The notes: a model not told the origin generated them from the letters alone. DNA of 64,000 bases from Mustelus asterias (GCF_964213995.1 NW_027590123.1:1674001-1738000); one strand, 5' to 3'; numbered from the stretch's first letter, positions 26,530-38,655 are shown. Numbers and translations: made by a program.

Positions 26530-26829
26530 ATTGCATTCCAATGCTCTTGACCGAGCTGCTGTGTCGAACCTCACACTTGATTTTGCTGCACTCTCCCTCT
26601 GACTGGGTGATGGTTAACTGGCTGCTCAAGGTGTAGGTTCCCTTCGCGTTTCTCACTGATGGATAAGTCTTAAATCCAGTGGCGATCAGCTGCCCATTTT
26701 TCTTCCAGGTCAGTTTGGAGACATCTGGAGAGTAGTCCATCGCCAAACAGCCGTAGGTGATGGAGCCAGCGGAGTTGTGTTGCTGACAGGAAGAGACGAG
26801 GCTGTAGAGAGTGGGCGGAGACGGTGTCG
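26530..26829 (-). CDS. IGHM: IgM Cmu1 exon
   Basis: Acceptor TTCTTTCCCAG; 300 nt, phase 1/1; [46 protein letters not shown]...[26 protein letters not shown]...; donor T|GTAAG. Confidence 0.95.
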
Positions 26830-27799
26830 CTGGGAAAGAATAGTCGATTCAACAAGTTAGATTCTTACCTGCGTTTATTAATTAATCAAACATATTTATA
26901 CAAGTAAGTTTCTATATTAGGTATAGCTCTTGCGGCTAAAGGGATCAATGGATATGGGTAGTCGGTGGGGTCAGGACATTGACGAGCCGTGATCAAAGTG
27001 AATGGTAGAGCAGGGTCAAAGGGCCGAATGGCCTACTCCTGCTTCTATTTGCTATGTTTCTACATCACGATTTGTCTAGAATTATGAACTTAACTTAATA
27101 TTTCCCGATTAAGACCTACATACACCTTTCAGCTTCTGTTACTCCTATCATTTGAGAATCGCCATCTTTGTAGAAACTCACATCAATGTCTCGACCTCTA
27201 TCAGGTTGGAAAGACAAAAACATTTTGATGTCATTGTAATGACATACCATTCATTGGATTAACAGAGAAGAGTAAAGAGTTTCTCCATTACTTCAGGCAC
27301 TACCTATTTTTCAAACAACAGGACTTTGTGATGAAGAAGTTGTCTCTTCATTCATATCAGCCACTCGCCTGATGAAAGAGCTCCAAAAGCTCACGATTCC
27401 AAATAAGCCTGTTGGAGTTCAACCTGGTGTTGTGAGACTCCTTACTGTGCCCACCCCAACCTAGCGTCGGCATATCCACATTGTAGTTTTGGCTATTGCC
27501 TGTGTTCAAACTAACTGATGCCCCTTCCTCTCTCCAACTCACTGCCTCTCACTCCACAAAATGAAGATTAGTGACTTTGCTTCAAAACTACCTTCGGAAT
27601 GAATACTTACTGAATGACCAGGAAACTCTCAATGTGATTACAAATTCAAATAATTGCAACATTGACTAATTGAAGGGTCATACATTAATAGCAAGAGTTG
27701 GCCATTCGGGCCCTGACGTCTCCCCCATTATTCGCTGAGATTACAGATGATCTGGTTGTGGTGCTAGCTCTATTTTGCACATCCTCACTCCGCCCGTCG

Positions 27800-28445
27800 A
27801 TCACCCACTCTCTGCCCATTTTCCCGACTCTCTGCGCTTTCCCCTGGCTCTCTGCTATTCCCTGTGGCTCCTTTCGCCTTTCACCCGGCTCTCCGCACTT
27901 CCACCTGGCTCTCTACACTTCCCTCCAGCTCTGTCCCCTCTTCCCCGGCTCCCTGCCCTTTCCCTCAGCTCCCTACCCTTTTCCCCGGCTCTTTGCCCGG
28001 TGTCCCTGCTCCCTATCCACTTTCCCCTTTCCCCTGGCTCTCTGCCCTTTCCCCCTGACTCTCTGCCTTTCCCCTTGACTCTCTGCCCTTTCCTCTGGGC
28101 TCTCTTGTCCTTTTCCTCGGCTCTCTGTCCTTTCCCCGGCCTCCCTGCCCTTTATCCTGGCTCTCTCCTCTTTCCCTGGTTCTCTGCCCTTTCACCTGGC
28201 TCCCTGCCCTTTCTATTAGCTCTCTGCCCTTTCTTCTGGCTCTCTGCGCTTTCTCCTGACTCTCTGCCCTTTCCCGGCTCTCAGCCCTGTTGCCCGGCTG
28301 TGGGCCCATTCCCCAGGCTCTCTGCCCTTCCCCCCCGGCTCTCTGCCCTTTAGCACGCCTCCTGTTCTCCCCGGCTCTTTGCCATTGTCCTTGGCCCTGA
28401 GCCCCCAGGGATTCCCCCCAGCTCTCCACATTCGCAGGGCAGCTC
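27800..28445. repeat. CT-rich ~20-nt tandem repeat (CCCGGCTCTCTGCCCTTT) in the J-C intron
   Basis: Direct inspection; G/A-rich on the IgM sense strand. Confidence 0.9.
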
Positions 28446-28519
28446 CCACATTTGAACACCAAACTGCCGCTTGAGATCTTTCTTCTCTCTCGTTGCAGAC
28501 CTCCACACACAGGTTTAGC

Positions 28520-29955
28520 GAGTGTGAGTGAGAGAATGTGAGTGCGTGAGGGTGTGTGATTGAAGGAGTGAGAGTGGATGAGTGATGGTGTGTGAGTGAC
28601 GGAAGGTGGGTAAGTGAGGGTGAGTGAGTGAAGTTCTTTCAGTGAGGATGAGTGATTGAGGGTGAGTGAGTGAGTGTGGGTGAGGGTGAGAGAGCGTGAG
28701 TAAATGATGGTGTGTGAGAGAGGGTGGGTGAGTGAAGGTGGCTTAATGTGTGAGTGAAGGTGGGTGAGTGAGTGTCAGTAAGAGAGAATGAATGAGGGTG
28801 AGTGAGTGAGGATGCGTGAAGGTTAGTGAAGGTGGGTGAGTGAGAGCGAGTGAATGAGGGTGAGGAGTGAATGTGACTTAGTAAGTGAGGGTGAGAGAGT
28901 GAGTGAGTCAGGGTGTGTTATTGAGGGTGGTGTGTGAGAGTGTGTGAGGGAGAATGAATGCGGATGGGTGGATGAGTGCAGGTGAGTGAGTAAAGGTGTT
29001 TGACTGAGGATGAGTGATTGAGGATCTGTGAGTTAGGGTGGGTGAACGTGAGTGATGGTGAATATGTGAGGGTGTGTGAGTGAATGTAGGTGCGTGAGTC
29101 TCAGTGAGTTTGAATGGGTCAGGTGGCGTATGTGAGAGAGAGAGGGTAATTGAGCTTGAGTGTGTGGGGGTGCGTCTGGGTGAGTGAGGGTGGGTAAGTG
29201 GGGAGAGGGTGAGTGAGTGAGGGTGAGTGAGAGTGATTGAGACTGGATGAGTGAGGGAGGGTAAGTGCGGTGAGTGAGAGTGATTGAGACTGGATGAGTG
29301 AAGGTGGGTAAGTGGACTGAGTGAGTGAGAGTGAGTGAGACTGGGTGAGTGAGGGCGGGTTAGTGGGATGAGTGAACGAAGGTGACTATGAGTGTTGGTG
29401 AGTGACTGAGGCTCTGAGTGAGTGACTGAGGGTTAGTGAGTGAGGTTGAGTGAGTGATAGCGTGTGAGTGTGGGTGACTGAGTGACAGTGAGTGAATGAG
29501 GGTGTGTGAGGGCGAGTGAGTGAGTGAGTGCTGGTGAGTGAATGAGGGTGTGAATGTGAGTGAATGAGGGTGAGTGAGTGAGGATGGGTGAGAGTGAGAG
29601 AGCGAATGTGTGTGAGTGATTTTGAGTGAGTGAGGGTGTGAGGGTGAGTGACTCAGGGTGAATGAGGATCAGTGAGTTTCTGAGGTTGAGTGCGTGAAAT
29701 TGAGTGTGTGAAGTTGAGTGTGTGAGGTTGAGTGCGTGAAATTGAGTGTGTGAGGGTGGATGAGTGAGCAAGGGTGAGTGAGTTGGGATGAGTGAGTTGG
29801 GATGAGTGAGTTGGGATTTGTGAGTGGGGATGAATGAGTGAGAGTGTGTCAGCGAGGGAAGGTGGGTAAGTGAGGGTGAGTGAGTCAAGTTCTTTGAGTG
29901 AGGATGAGAGATTGAGGGTGAGTGAGGAAGTGTGGGTGAGGGTGAGAGAGTCAGT
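28520..29955. repeat. (GAGT/GGGT)n-type low-complexity tract
   Basis: Direct inspection. Confidence 0.9.
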
Positions 29956-30865
29956 GGGCCACCTCCACCTCTTCCTCTCCATCGATCTTTTCCCGATTCT
30001 CCACATTGATCAGCTTTCAGTAACAGGGATGTGTAAATCACCGGGCAGCTGCTTTAATGTCGGTGTCTTTCTTCAAGAAACACGTACCAGTGAACAAATA
30101 GTCAGACTGAGGGAGCTGTAGGGAAGCTGACAGCAAAACTAGGATGGGTCGCACAGGAATCAACCAGTATTGGGAGCCAGGCGGCCTTGGTCTCAGCCAA
30201 TTCCCTTCTTATTTTTTGGGTTTTTGTGTCCGGTGTAACACATGGAAATTCCTACTTCTGACCTCATGTTGGAGGGAATGTCACTGTTGAAGCAGTAGAA
30301 GATTGTTGGTCCCGAAACAATCCCCTGCCGAAATCCTGCAGTGAAATCTGAACTTAGATGTTTGACCTCCAACCACCAATACCATGTTGCTTTGTGCTAA
30401 GTATGACTCCAAACAGAGAAGAATTTCCCGCCGATTCTTATTGACTAGTTTTACTCGGGCCCCTTGATCCCACCCTCATTCAAATGCTACCGGGGTGGGG
30501 GGCGTATCGGGGTGGGGGGGGGGGTGCGGTGGCGGTGGCACAGTGATTAGCGCTGCTGCCTCAGAGTTGGATTCCCGACTTGGGTCACTGTCTGTGTGGA
30601 GTTTGCAAGTTCCCCCCGTGTCTGTTTGGGTTTCCTTCGGGTGCGCCTGTTTCCTCCCACAGTCCAAAGATGTGTGGGTTCGGTGGATTGGCCGTGCTAA
30701 ATTGCCCCTTTGTGTCAGGGGGACTAGTTAGGGTAGATACATGTGGTTATGGGGATAGGGCTTTGGTGGGATTGCTATTGGTGCAGACTCGATGGGCTGA
30801 ATGGCCTCCTTCTGCACTGTAGCATCCTATGATTCTACTCTATGGTGTCAAGGACAGACACTCTG

Positions 30866-31044
30866 NNNNNNNNNNNNNNNNNNNNNNNNNNNNNNNNNNN
30901 NNNNNNNNNNNNNNNNNNNNNNNNNNNNNNNNNNNNNNNNNNNNNNNNNNNNNNNNNNNNNNNNNNNNNNNNNNNNNNNNNNNNNNNNNNNNNNNNNNNN
31001 NNNNNNNNNNNNNNNNNNNNNNNNNNNNNNNNNNNNNNNNNNNN
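30866..31044. other. Assembly gap (179 N)
   Basis: Run of N inside the J-C intron; true intron length unknown. Confidence 1.
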
Positions 31045-31534
31045 TGATAGAATGCGTTTGCACGTGTGTGAGACAGTGGGCTGTGCGTGCAAGAGGAGAG
31101 AGTGTGCGTGAGAGAAAGGATGTGTGAGATAATGTGTGTGTGTGAGACAGAATGTGTGTTTGAAGAGTTATTCTTTGTGTGTGACAGTGTGTCTCTTCTT
31201 GAAAATGTATGTGTGTGGAGGGGCGGGGAGAGTGTGTGTGGGGAGTCTGTGTGAAAGAGTACTTCTGTGTGTGAGTATGTGTATGTTGATGTGAAAAGGA
31301 GTGTATCTATTTGAGATACACGATGTCTGTGAAAGAGAGTGTGTGTGCTTGAGGGAGGGTGTGTGTGTGGGAGAGTGTTGTGTTCATGTGAAAGACAGTG
31401 TGTGTGAGAGGGAGTGCCTATTGGAAAGCAAAATAATATGTTCATCAGTGTGTGAAACTGTGCATGGGATGGCGTGTGAGTGCGAAAGATGTGTACAATG
31501 TGTGTGGGAGATAGAAGCAATGTGGGGTGTTTGA

Positions 31535-31567
<33 letters not shown>

Positions 31568-33000
31568 GAGGGGCGGGGAGAGTGTGTGTGAGCGAGAAAA
31601 AGTGTGAAACTTAGACAGAATGGATGCGTGAGTGTGTGTGAGTGAAATGACTGTTGAGAGAACATGTGTCTGTGATAGGTGGAGTGTTTAAAGAGCGATA
31701 CATTGTATATACATGTGTGTTCGAGTGTAAGAGAAGGAGAGACTGTGTGAGAGATTGTGTGCGTGTGAAAGAGAGGGTGTTTGTGAGAGACAGGGTTTGA
31801 GAGCAAGATTGTGCATGTGAGACAATGTGTAAGGGGGAGGGTCGGGATGGCGACCTCCTCGTGAACCTGCTCCTGGGCCTGGCGAAACGCGCCATTTACC
31901 GGTCCAGGCTGCGGGCGATCGAGGGGGCCGTCCATCCTGACTGTCTTCCCCTCTACCGCGGCTACGGTCGCGGCCAGGTGTCCCTGGAGAGGGAGCATGC
32001 GGTGTCCACGGGCGAGGTTGACGCTTTCCGCGCCCGCTGGGCACCGCAGGGGTTGGGGTGCATTATTGGCCCTAATAATCACATTTTAATTTGATGTTTT
32101 TAAGTTTCCTTTGTACTTTGATTTCTGTTCGGGCTGTTCCCCCTCCTTTTTGGGGAGCTGCCCCTTTTACTTTGTCCTGATTTAATCTGAGTTTGTTTAC
32201 TTGGTTTGGTTTGACCTAAAAAGAGGACAATGTGTAAGGGAGTGAGCGTGTGAAATAGAGAGAAATATGTGCCTGTGTGAGAGAATACATGTGCAAGTGT
32301 TCGTATGAGTGAGAGAGGGCATCGGAATGTGTGTGAGACGAAGTGAGAGTGTACGGAAGAGGGAATGTGAGAGGCATAGTGCATGTGTGTGTGAGAGAGC
32401 GAATGTGTGCGCGAGACTGTGCTTATGGGAGAGACTGTGTCTGTGTGTAAGAGTGTGTGTTAGAGTGTGTGCATGTTCTATGTTTGTGAGAGAGTGATTG
32501 TGAGAGAGCCAGTGTGTGAGAGCAAGAATGTAGAGGTGTGAGATAGTGTGCGCAAGAGAAATAGAAATATGTGCGTGTGTGTGTGTGTGAGAGAGAAAGA
32601 GATGCGTGTGCGAGAGGAATTGTGAGAGAGCGTGTGGAGAAATGTGAGACAGCTTGAGCGTGTGTGACAGAGAGTGGGAGAGAGTCCATGTGAGAGTGCG
32701 TGCGCGAGAGTGTGAGACTGTGCTGATGTGAGAGTGTGTGTCTGTGTATAAGAGAAAATGGGTGGGTGTGTGGGGATGTGAGCGCTTTTGTGGATGGGGA
32801 TGTGAGAGATTGATGGAGAGAGCGAGACGATGTATGTATTTGTATTGAGAGAGTGTATGTGTAACGTGAGAGAGAGAATGTGTATGGGTGTGTAAGAGAG
32901 ACCGTATGAGAGAGAAAGTAAGTGTGAGTATGTATGTGTGTGTGTGTGCATGTGTGAGAGAATATGAGAGTATTTATGTGTGTGAGAGTGTGTGATGTGT
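31045..33000. repeat. Degenerate (TG/AG)n tract
   Basis: Direct inspection. Confidence 0.9.
31836..32225 (+). mobile_element. 5'-truncated Tx1-clade-like LINE with 15-bp target-site duplication
   Basis: ORF2 C-terminus LLLGLAKRAIYRSR...DCLPLYRGY...FRARW; TSD GACAATGTGTAAGGG at 31821-31835 and 32226-32240. Confidence 0.8.
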
Positions 33001-34101
33001 ATAAGTCTCTATTTGGCTGATTCAGTCTGGAAAAGCACACTCACTCCACACATACTCACCCATTCACACAGTAAGTGGAAGTGACAAGTGAGCACAATAC
33101 GGAGCGCGGGCTAAGGGTTGGAAAAACATTTAAATCTTTCGCAATCAGTCGCAATTGAATAATTCACCCTACTCAATGAGGGAAACCTGTAAAAACTCAA
33201 GAAATATGACACAATCCAGGGCAAAGCCACCCACAAGATTATCCGCCCCCTCATTCACCCTATTCGCTCTCTCCATCACTAACAAGCAGTGACAGCAGTG
33301 TGTGTTATATACAAGATGCACTGCAGCAACTCACCAAGGCTCCATAGTAAACACTGTCCAAACCCGTTGCCTTTATATCCTAACAGGATAAGGGCAGCAG
33401 CCACATATGAAGACTACCACCTGCAAGCTCCCCTCCAAGACACACACCATCCTGACTTGAAACAATACCTCAGTTCCTTCTGGGTCAAAATCCTGGAACT
33501 TCCACCTAACAGCACGGCGGATGCCTGCAGCATATGGATTGCAGTTATTCAAGGATGCTTTATATCAACACTTTCTCAAGGAACAATTATTGATGATTAA
33601 AACTTCTGGCCGAGCAAATGACTCTAAAATGGGTTTAGAAGATTAAAAATAAGATGCAAATGAATTTGACCCTTCAACTGTCATACCAAACAGGTCATGG
33701 ACTGCTTTACTACGGAGCACAAAATAGTAAATCTCACTTTGCATTTGCTCATCGAACATTCCCAAGGCCGGTACATCACTGGTTAAAAATCATCCAAATC
33801 TCCCTCTACAATCTGACGTTTCTGCTCTCTCTGATGGTCACAATATGCTTTAGGGATCTCATTTCTGAGACGCCGAGCCAAACATCAAGTCAAACTGTCA
33901 CATTTCTCACAGATACAAGTTTATTGAAGAAATAAATCAAATTTCACTCCCTGAAATACAGCAGAAGGAACCAGATGTTTTACAACCAGTCAGGCAGATT
34001 CCTGGTCCCAACACAGTGACCACGCGCGCAGAAACAGAACAGACACAAACGGTGCAACAATCGATTTCCCAGCAGGTAGGTATGATCAATCTGTCAATTT
34101 A

Positions 34102-35653
34102 ATTCAAACTGTTTGATTCTAATTGATCAATGATCAATTTGCAACAGAAAATCAATAACCTCTTTTAAATAAAACTGATATTCATTTCAAAACTCCTGTC
34201 GATTTTAAATTAAGTCTCTCTGTCTGTCTCACTTCTCGAAAACTATGTAAAAATGTAATTTCGCTGAAAATTAGGAATCAAAAATAACAGATTCAGGACA
34301 GTTCAATGTCCCCGACAGAGATACAGTGACACAGTAAGGATTAAATAAACCAAGAAACATTTACGTTGAAAATCATTACCTGATTCGATCTAATTTCTTA
34401 ATTAAATGTAATCAACAAAATATTCGAGGTAAAACACCTTATCGAGCTAAGCATAGCTGATAAAAGAAAGGTTTTGTTTCTGAATTCATTTTCGATACAA
34501 TTAAACATTCTCTGAAACGGATGATACTTTGCACGCCCGTGCATTATTCAAGGTATTTTGTTTTGAATTAATTAGCACCAATATTATATTTTGTTTTGTT
34601 AATTGCCGGTTACTTTTCCTGTTAGCTGATTTGTACTCCCTAATAAAATCAATTTTCAATCATTCAAAACTTTCCCTGCCTCGAACATTGTGAAGTAATT
34701 AGGTTCCAATTAAATCTTAAACAATAAACTTCAAATTACTGAATGGAAAGATTCAGACATCTGTAATTCATTTGCTTCAATCGAATAACATTGTCATGTT
34801 TTTTCATTTCCACTTTTACTCCAAATGCCTTATTATAACCTGCAAACGTGTTAAGAATGCATGTTTCTGAATTTGTATATACTGTAACGGCCTGGCAGTT
34901 TGAGGTAAATGAAGCTGCTTCCTAGGTTTAATAATTTGGACCATCCATATAATTTAATTACTGAACATATTGTTTAAATTAAGAAGTTCTGAATTAAACA
35001 ATGAAAAACACAATGAGGACAATTGATTCAAATCCTCTGCAACACTGAAACATGATGCACAAAATAAGTCGAGACTTTTTCTTCAGTATAATATTTAATA
35101 CTAATTAAACATAATGCTCAAATAGAATCAATTCTTCTATTCTGTCATTTATTCATCCAATAATTCTATTCTATGTTCAGCAGTAATGGGAGACAGGATG
35201 TTATTATTAAATGCAGAGCAAATATTACTAATATAAAAATATTATAATATTATAAAAAATTAATTATTTGAATTTCAAGTATTAAATTGTAAATCTCTAG
35301 CCAGTTTCTGTTGACACCTTACGACAATTCAAACACCATTATATGAACAATTGTTTAGTGTTAGCGAATTCCACCTGTCAGAAAACTGTGTTCACTCTGT
35401 CACATTTATTCAAACTGTGGGATTCTAATTGATCAATTTTCAAACTACAACAACAAAAATCAATAACTTCTTTTAAATTAAACTGATATTCATTTCAAAA
35501 TTCCCTTCGACTTTTAACTATTTCTCCCTGTCTATCTCAAATCTCGAAAACTAGGCAAAAAATATTTTTTTTTCTGAAAATGTGCACATCAGATATAACA
35601 GATCCAGTGTAGTGTAATGTCCCTAACAGAGATACAGTGACGCAGTAAGAATT
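34102..35653 (+). repeat. ~240-bp direct duplication (34102-34342 vs 35408-35653) in AT-rich J-C intron DNA
   Basis: Shared GATTCTAATTGATCAAT...AAACTGATATTCATTTCAAAA...ACAGAGATACAGTGAC.CAGTAAG. Confidence 0.85.
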
Positions 35654-35789
35654 GTAATTCATGATTTACTTTAATCTGCAAGCATCAGTTAACATGAATA
35701 AAATGCTCAAATATATATTTATTTTATTTTTTCCGATACCAGTTTGTTTTATCCTGACAAGGATGTTTAAACGCAGTTTGTTTTTTTCA

Positions 35790-37690
35790 TTTAGCAAGAA
35801 AAAGTGTAACCGCTCAGGATCACCGAGTTGAAACAATACAGAAACAATTGAGAAACACCAAACCATTTCACAAATTTTGAGATGAGATTAGTGATTAATT
35901 ACCTCTGCATCCAACTACAAATTACTTGGAAGGAATGCTGCGCCTGCACAGAAACAATGTAATAATCGGGCACAAAAATTTCCAAATAGCGTTTTATTGC
36001 CAATTATTCTCCAAAACTCATATTTAAGTGAATGCGAACTTCATCGGGGATATAACAATTAATGCAAAGTATCTTGTTGAACTGAGCGCTGCTGTGGAAA
36101 CAGCATGTTATCATTGAAATTGTTTCTGGAATTATCACAAAATATTTCCAGCCGAGAAACCTTTTTGGTCATGTTAATTGTATGCAAAGCACAGCAGAAC
36201 TATTAAAGCCGATTAATGCGAAATGATATTAATAGAAAATAATCTTTTGTGAATATGTAGTTATGTTACCGATTAATAACAGTTTGATTTATATTAATTT
36301 TACTATCAAACTTGTTAATGAGAAGTTTGTTTTTGCAGCAACTACTTAGTGTCCGATTGAGCGTTGTAAGACATGATTTATTTTAATTTCTAAGAGTTAG
36401 TTAAAATTTATAAAAATGCTGTAATACCTTTATTTTATTTCTTTCACAACCTGCTTATTTTCTCCCTACAAGGATTTTCAAACTCATAGATTATTTGCAT
36501 TTAACCAGAAAACGTGTAACCGCTCAGTGCCACCGAGTTTAAACAATGCAGAAACACCAAAACATTTCACACATTTTAAACATTCTTAGTGACCCAACAA
36601 CAGAACCTCCTCAACAGAAACACACCAAAACACATCAATGAGGGAATGAATCCGTTTCACGGGGACGCAACTCAATTATCCATTCAACAAAATCAAAAAT
36701 ATGATTGCAAGGAAATCTCAATATTCAATCCGGCAAACCAGCTCGTCACCAAGTATATGAATGATTGAACTAAACAGAAATTTGGAATAAGAGCAATAGC
36801 ATTGCGAGGAGGTGGAATATGTCCAACAAATTAATATTGAAATTTTACCACATTCTATTCATATTGGGTCATATTTCAAACAGATTTCAAACATATTAAA
36901 ATATTAGGTGGGTAAAAGCTGCAGCCGTCAGATGCCACCGAGGTTAAACATGGCATGTATCCCAAATTATGAATGCAGTGGCAAACTATGTTTTGGACGA
37001 GTGGCATAAACCGTGGTTTGGTTTAACCTGCAATTATCAGCTACGATTTAAAAAAATACAAATACAATAAAGCCTGCCTGATTTCTGTCTGCAGGCACGC
37101 GTCAAGTAGTTTAAAACCCGCAGACTGTTTGTATTCAATCACAAAGTGTGTAACAGCTCAGTGTCACCGAGTGTAAACAATGCAGAATCTCCGAACCATT
37201 TCACAAATTTTACTGATTCAAAGTCACCCAGACAGACAACCTCCTCACCAGAAACACGCAGCACTGAGGGACTGAACCCCGGCTCATGCAGAAGCAGCTC
37301 AATTCTACAAACAGTTGCAACAGAAACAAATTTCACATTGGCAGAAAATCTCAATTTAAAATCCAGCCAATCTGACCATCACCAAAGCAACTAATAATTA
37401 AAATAAGCACAACAATGAGATAACAAAACCAGATTATGATTAAGCGGAACATGTTCGCAACATTAAAGTAGAAACTTTAACACATTTTGTTAATATTGGG
37501 TTAGATTTCAAACACTTGTGCAGTGGATGGTGCAACTCGCAGCCACTAGATGTCACCGAGATTAAACATTGAAGAAACGCCGAACTGCTTAACAAAAGGA
37601 AGGCATTTAAAGTAACCCAGCCACACAATGTCCTCAGCAGATAAACACCAAATCACAACAAGAGACTGAATCACTCAGTATCACCTTTTG
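35790..37690 (+). repeat. Degenerate ~630-710-bp tandem repeat with five CACCGAG-centred motifs
   Basis: CACCGAG at 35821, 36531, 36936, 37165 and 37554, each followed by ..AAACA. Confidence 0.85.
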
Positions 37691-37872
37691 TCAATTAACA
37701 GTAGAATTCTATAACCCCCATTTTAAGCAGGATCACATGAAACATTGTAAAGATTTTCAGCACAGAATCCACCAAACCACATTACATTGAACGAATGAAT
37801 TAATAAAATCGAGAAAAAGTATAAAACAAAAACTCAAATAAAACACTGACTAAATAAATGCATGGTTCTTAC

Positions 37873-37920
37873 CTGCAGTCACCGTCACCATGGTCCCTTG
37901 TCCCCAATAGCCCATGGCGT
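37873..37920 (-). CDS. IGHJ: JH segment (AMGYWGQGTMVTVTA)
   Basis: WGQG motif; phase-1 donor G|GTAAG; preceded by an RSS23. Confidence 0.97.
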
Positions 37921-37959
37921 CACAGTGTCACGTTCTCTCGGCTGGGTCATACAATAACC
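37921..37959 (+). other. JH recombination signal sequence (23-bp spacer)
   Basis: CACAGTG-23 nt-ACAATAACC abutting JH. Confidence 0.95.
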
Positions 37960-38286
37960 ATCTCTGCACAAAATAGACAGAAATCCATCAGTATTTTAAA
38001 AATTCACAAGCCAGAGGGAAAGCAAATCACTGCATTTTCATGAAATTATTATTGTACTGGTGGATACCGTTCGCTCTACATAAATAACCTGAATGTTTTA
38101 TATTTCATAGAGGATCACATGATCAAGTTATTGAAAACACCAACTGATAATTAAATAGTTATCATAAATTTTCCATATTAATTCTCGCTATTTGTGTAGT
38201 GCTGGGACATAAATAATACAGCACTGTAAATAATGCTGGATTGGAAAACAGAGCACTGCCCCAGTCTCGGTCAATTAGTGCTGAGG

Positions 38287-38355
38287 GGTTTTTGTATTGA
38301 CAGTAACTGCTGTGCCACCCCAGTTATCACAGTGAGACACAGCATGACAAATACT
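38287..38355 (-). other. D2 segment (ATAACTGGGGTGG, 38315-38327) with RSS12 on both sides
   Basis: Plus strand: GGTTTTTGT-12-TGCTGTG-[13 nt]-CACAGTG-12-ACAAATACT. Confidence 0.94.
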
Positions 38356-38655
38356 GTGCCCGACTGCTAACTGTTTAATTTCACTGCTGTCTCAAAAATC
38401 TGATTCTGCCTCATCCACGAGCGAATGAGTGAGATATTTCAGCTTGTCCTGGTCATTGTATTTATAAAGGGGATCGGAATGCTTTTAAACTCTCTGTGTA
38501 GATTTAGCATATCGGTAAATATAGATTTTACGGGAAGATTTTTATACCTTTTCACAAACTAATATTACTTCCACACATTATTTCACTGAAGCCTCGTTTA
38601 CTTTGAAACTCCTGCTGTGGTACTGATTACCAATTTGAACAATCTCTTTCCATGA

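Noticed and set aside
27698-33040. Numerous ORFs in the J-C intron, including those spanning the N run
   Set aside because: Low-complexity or gap artefacts; only 31825-32094 is real coding sequence (LINE).
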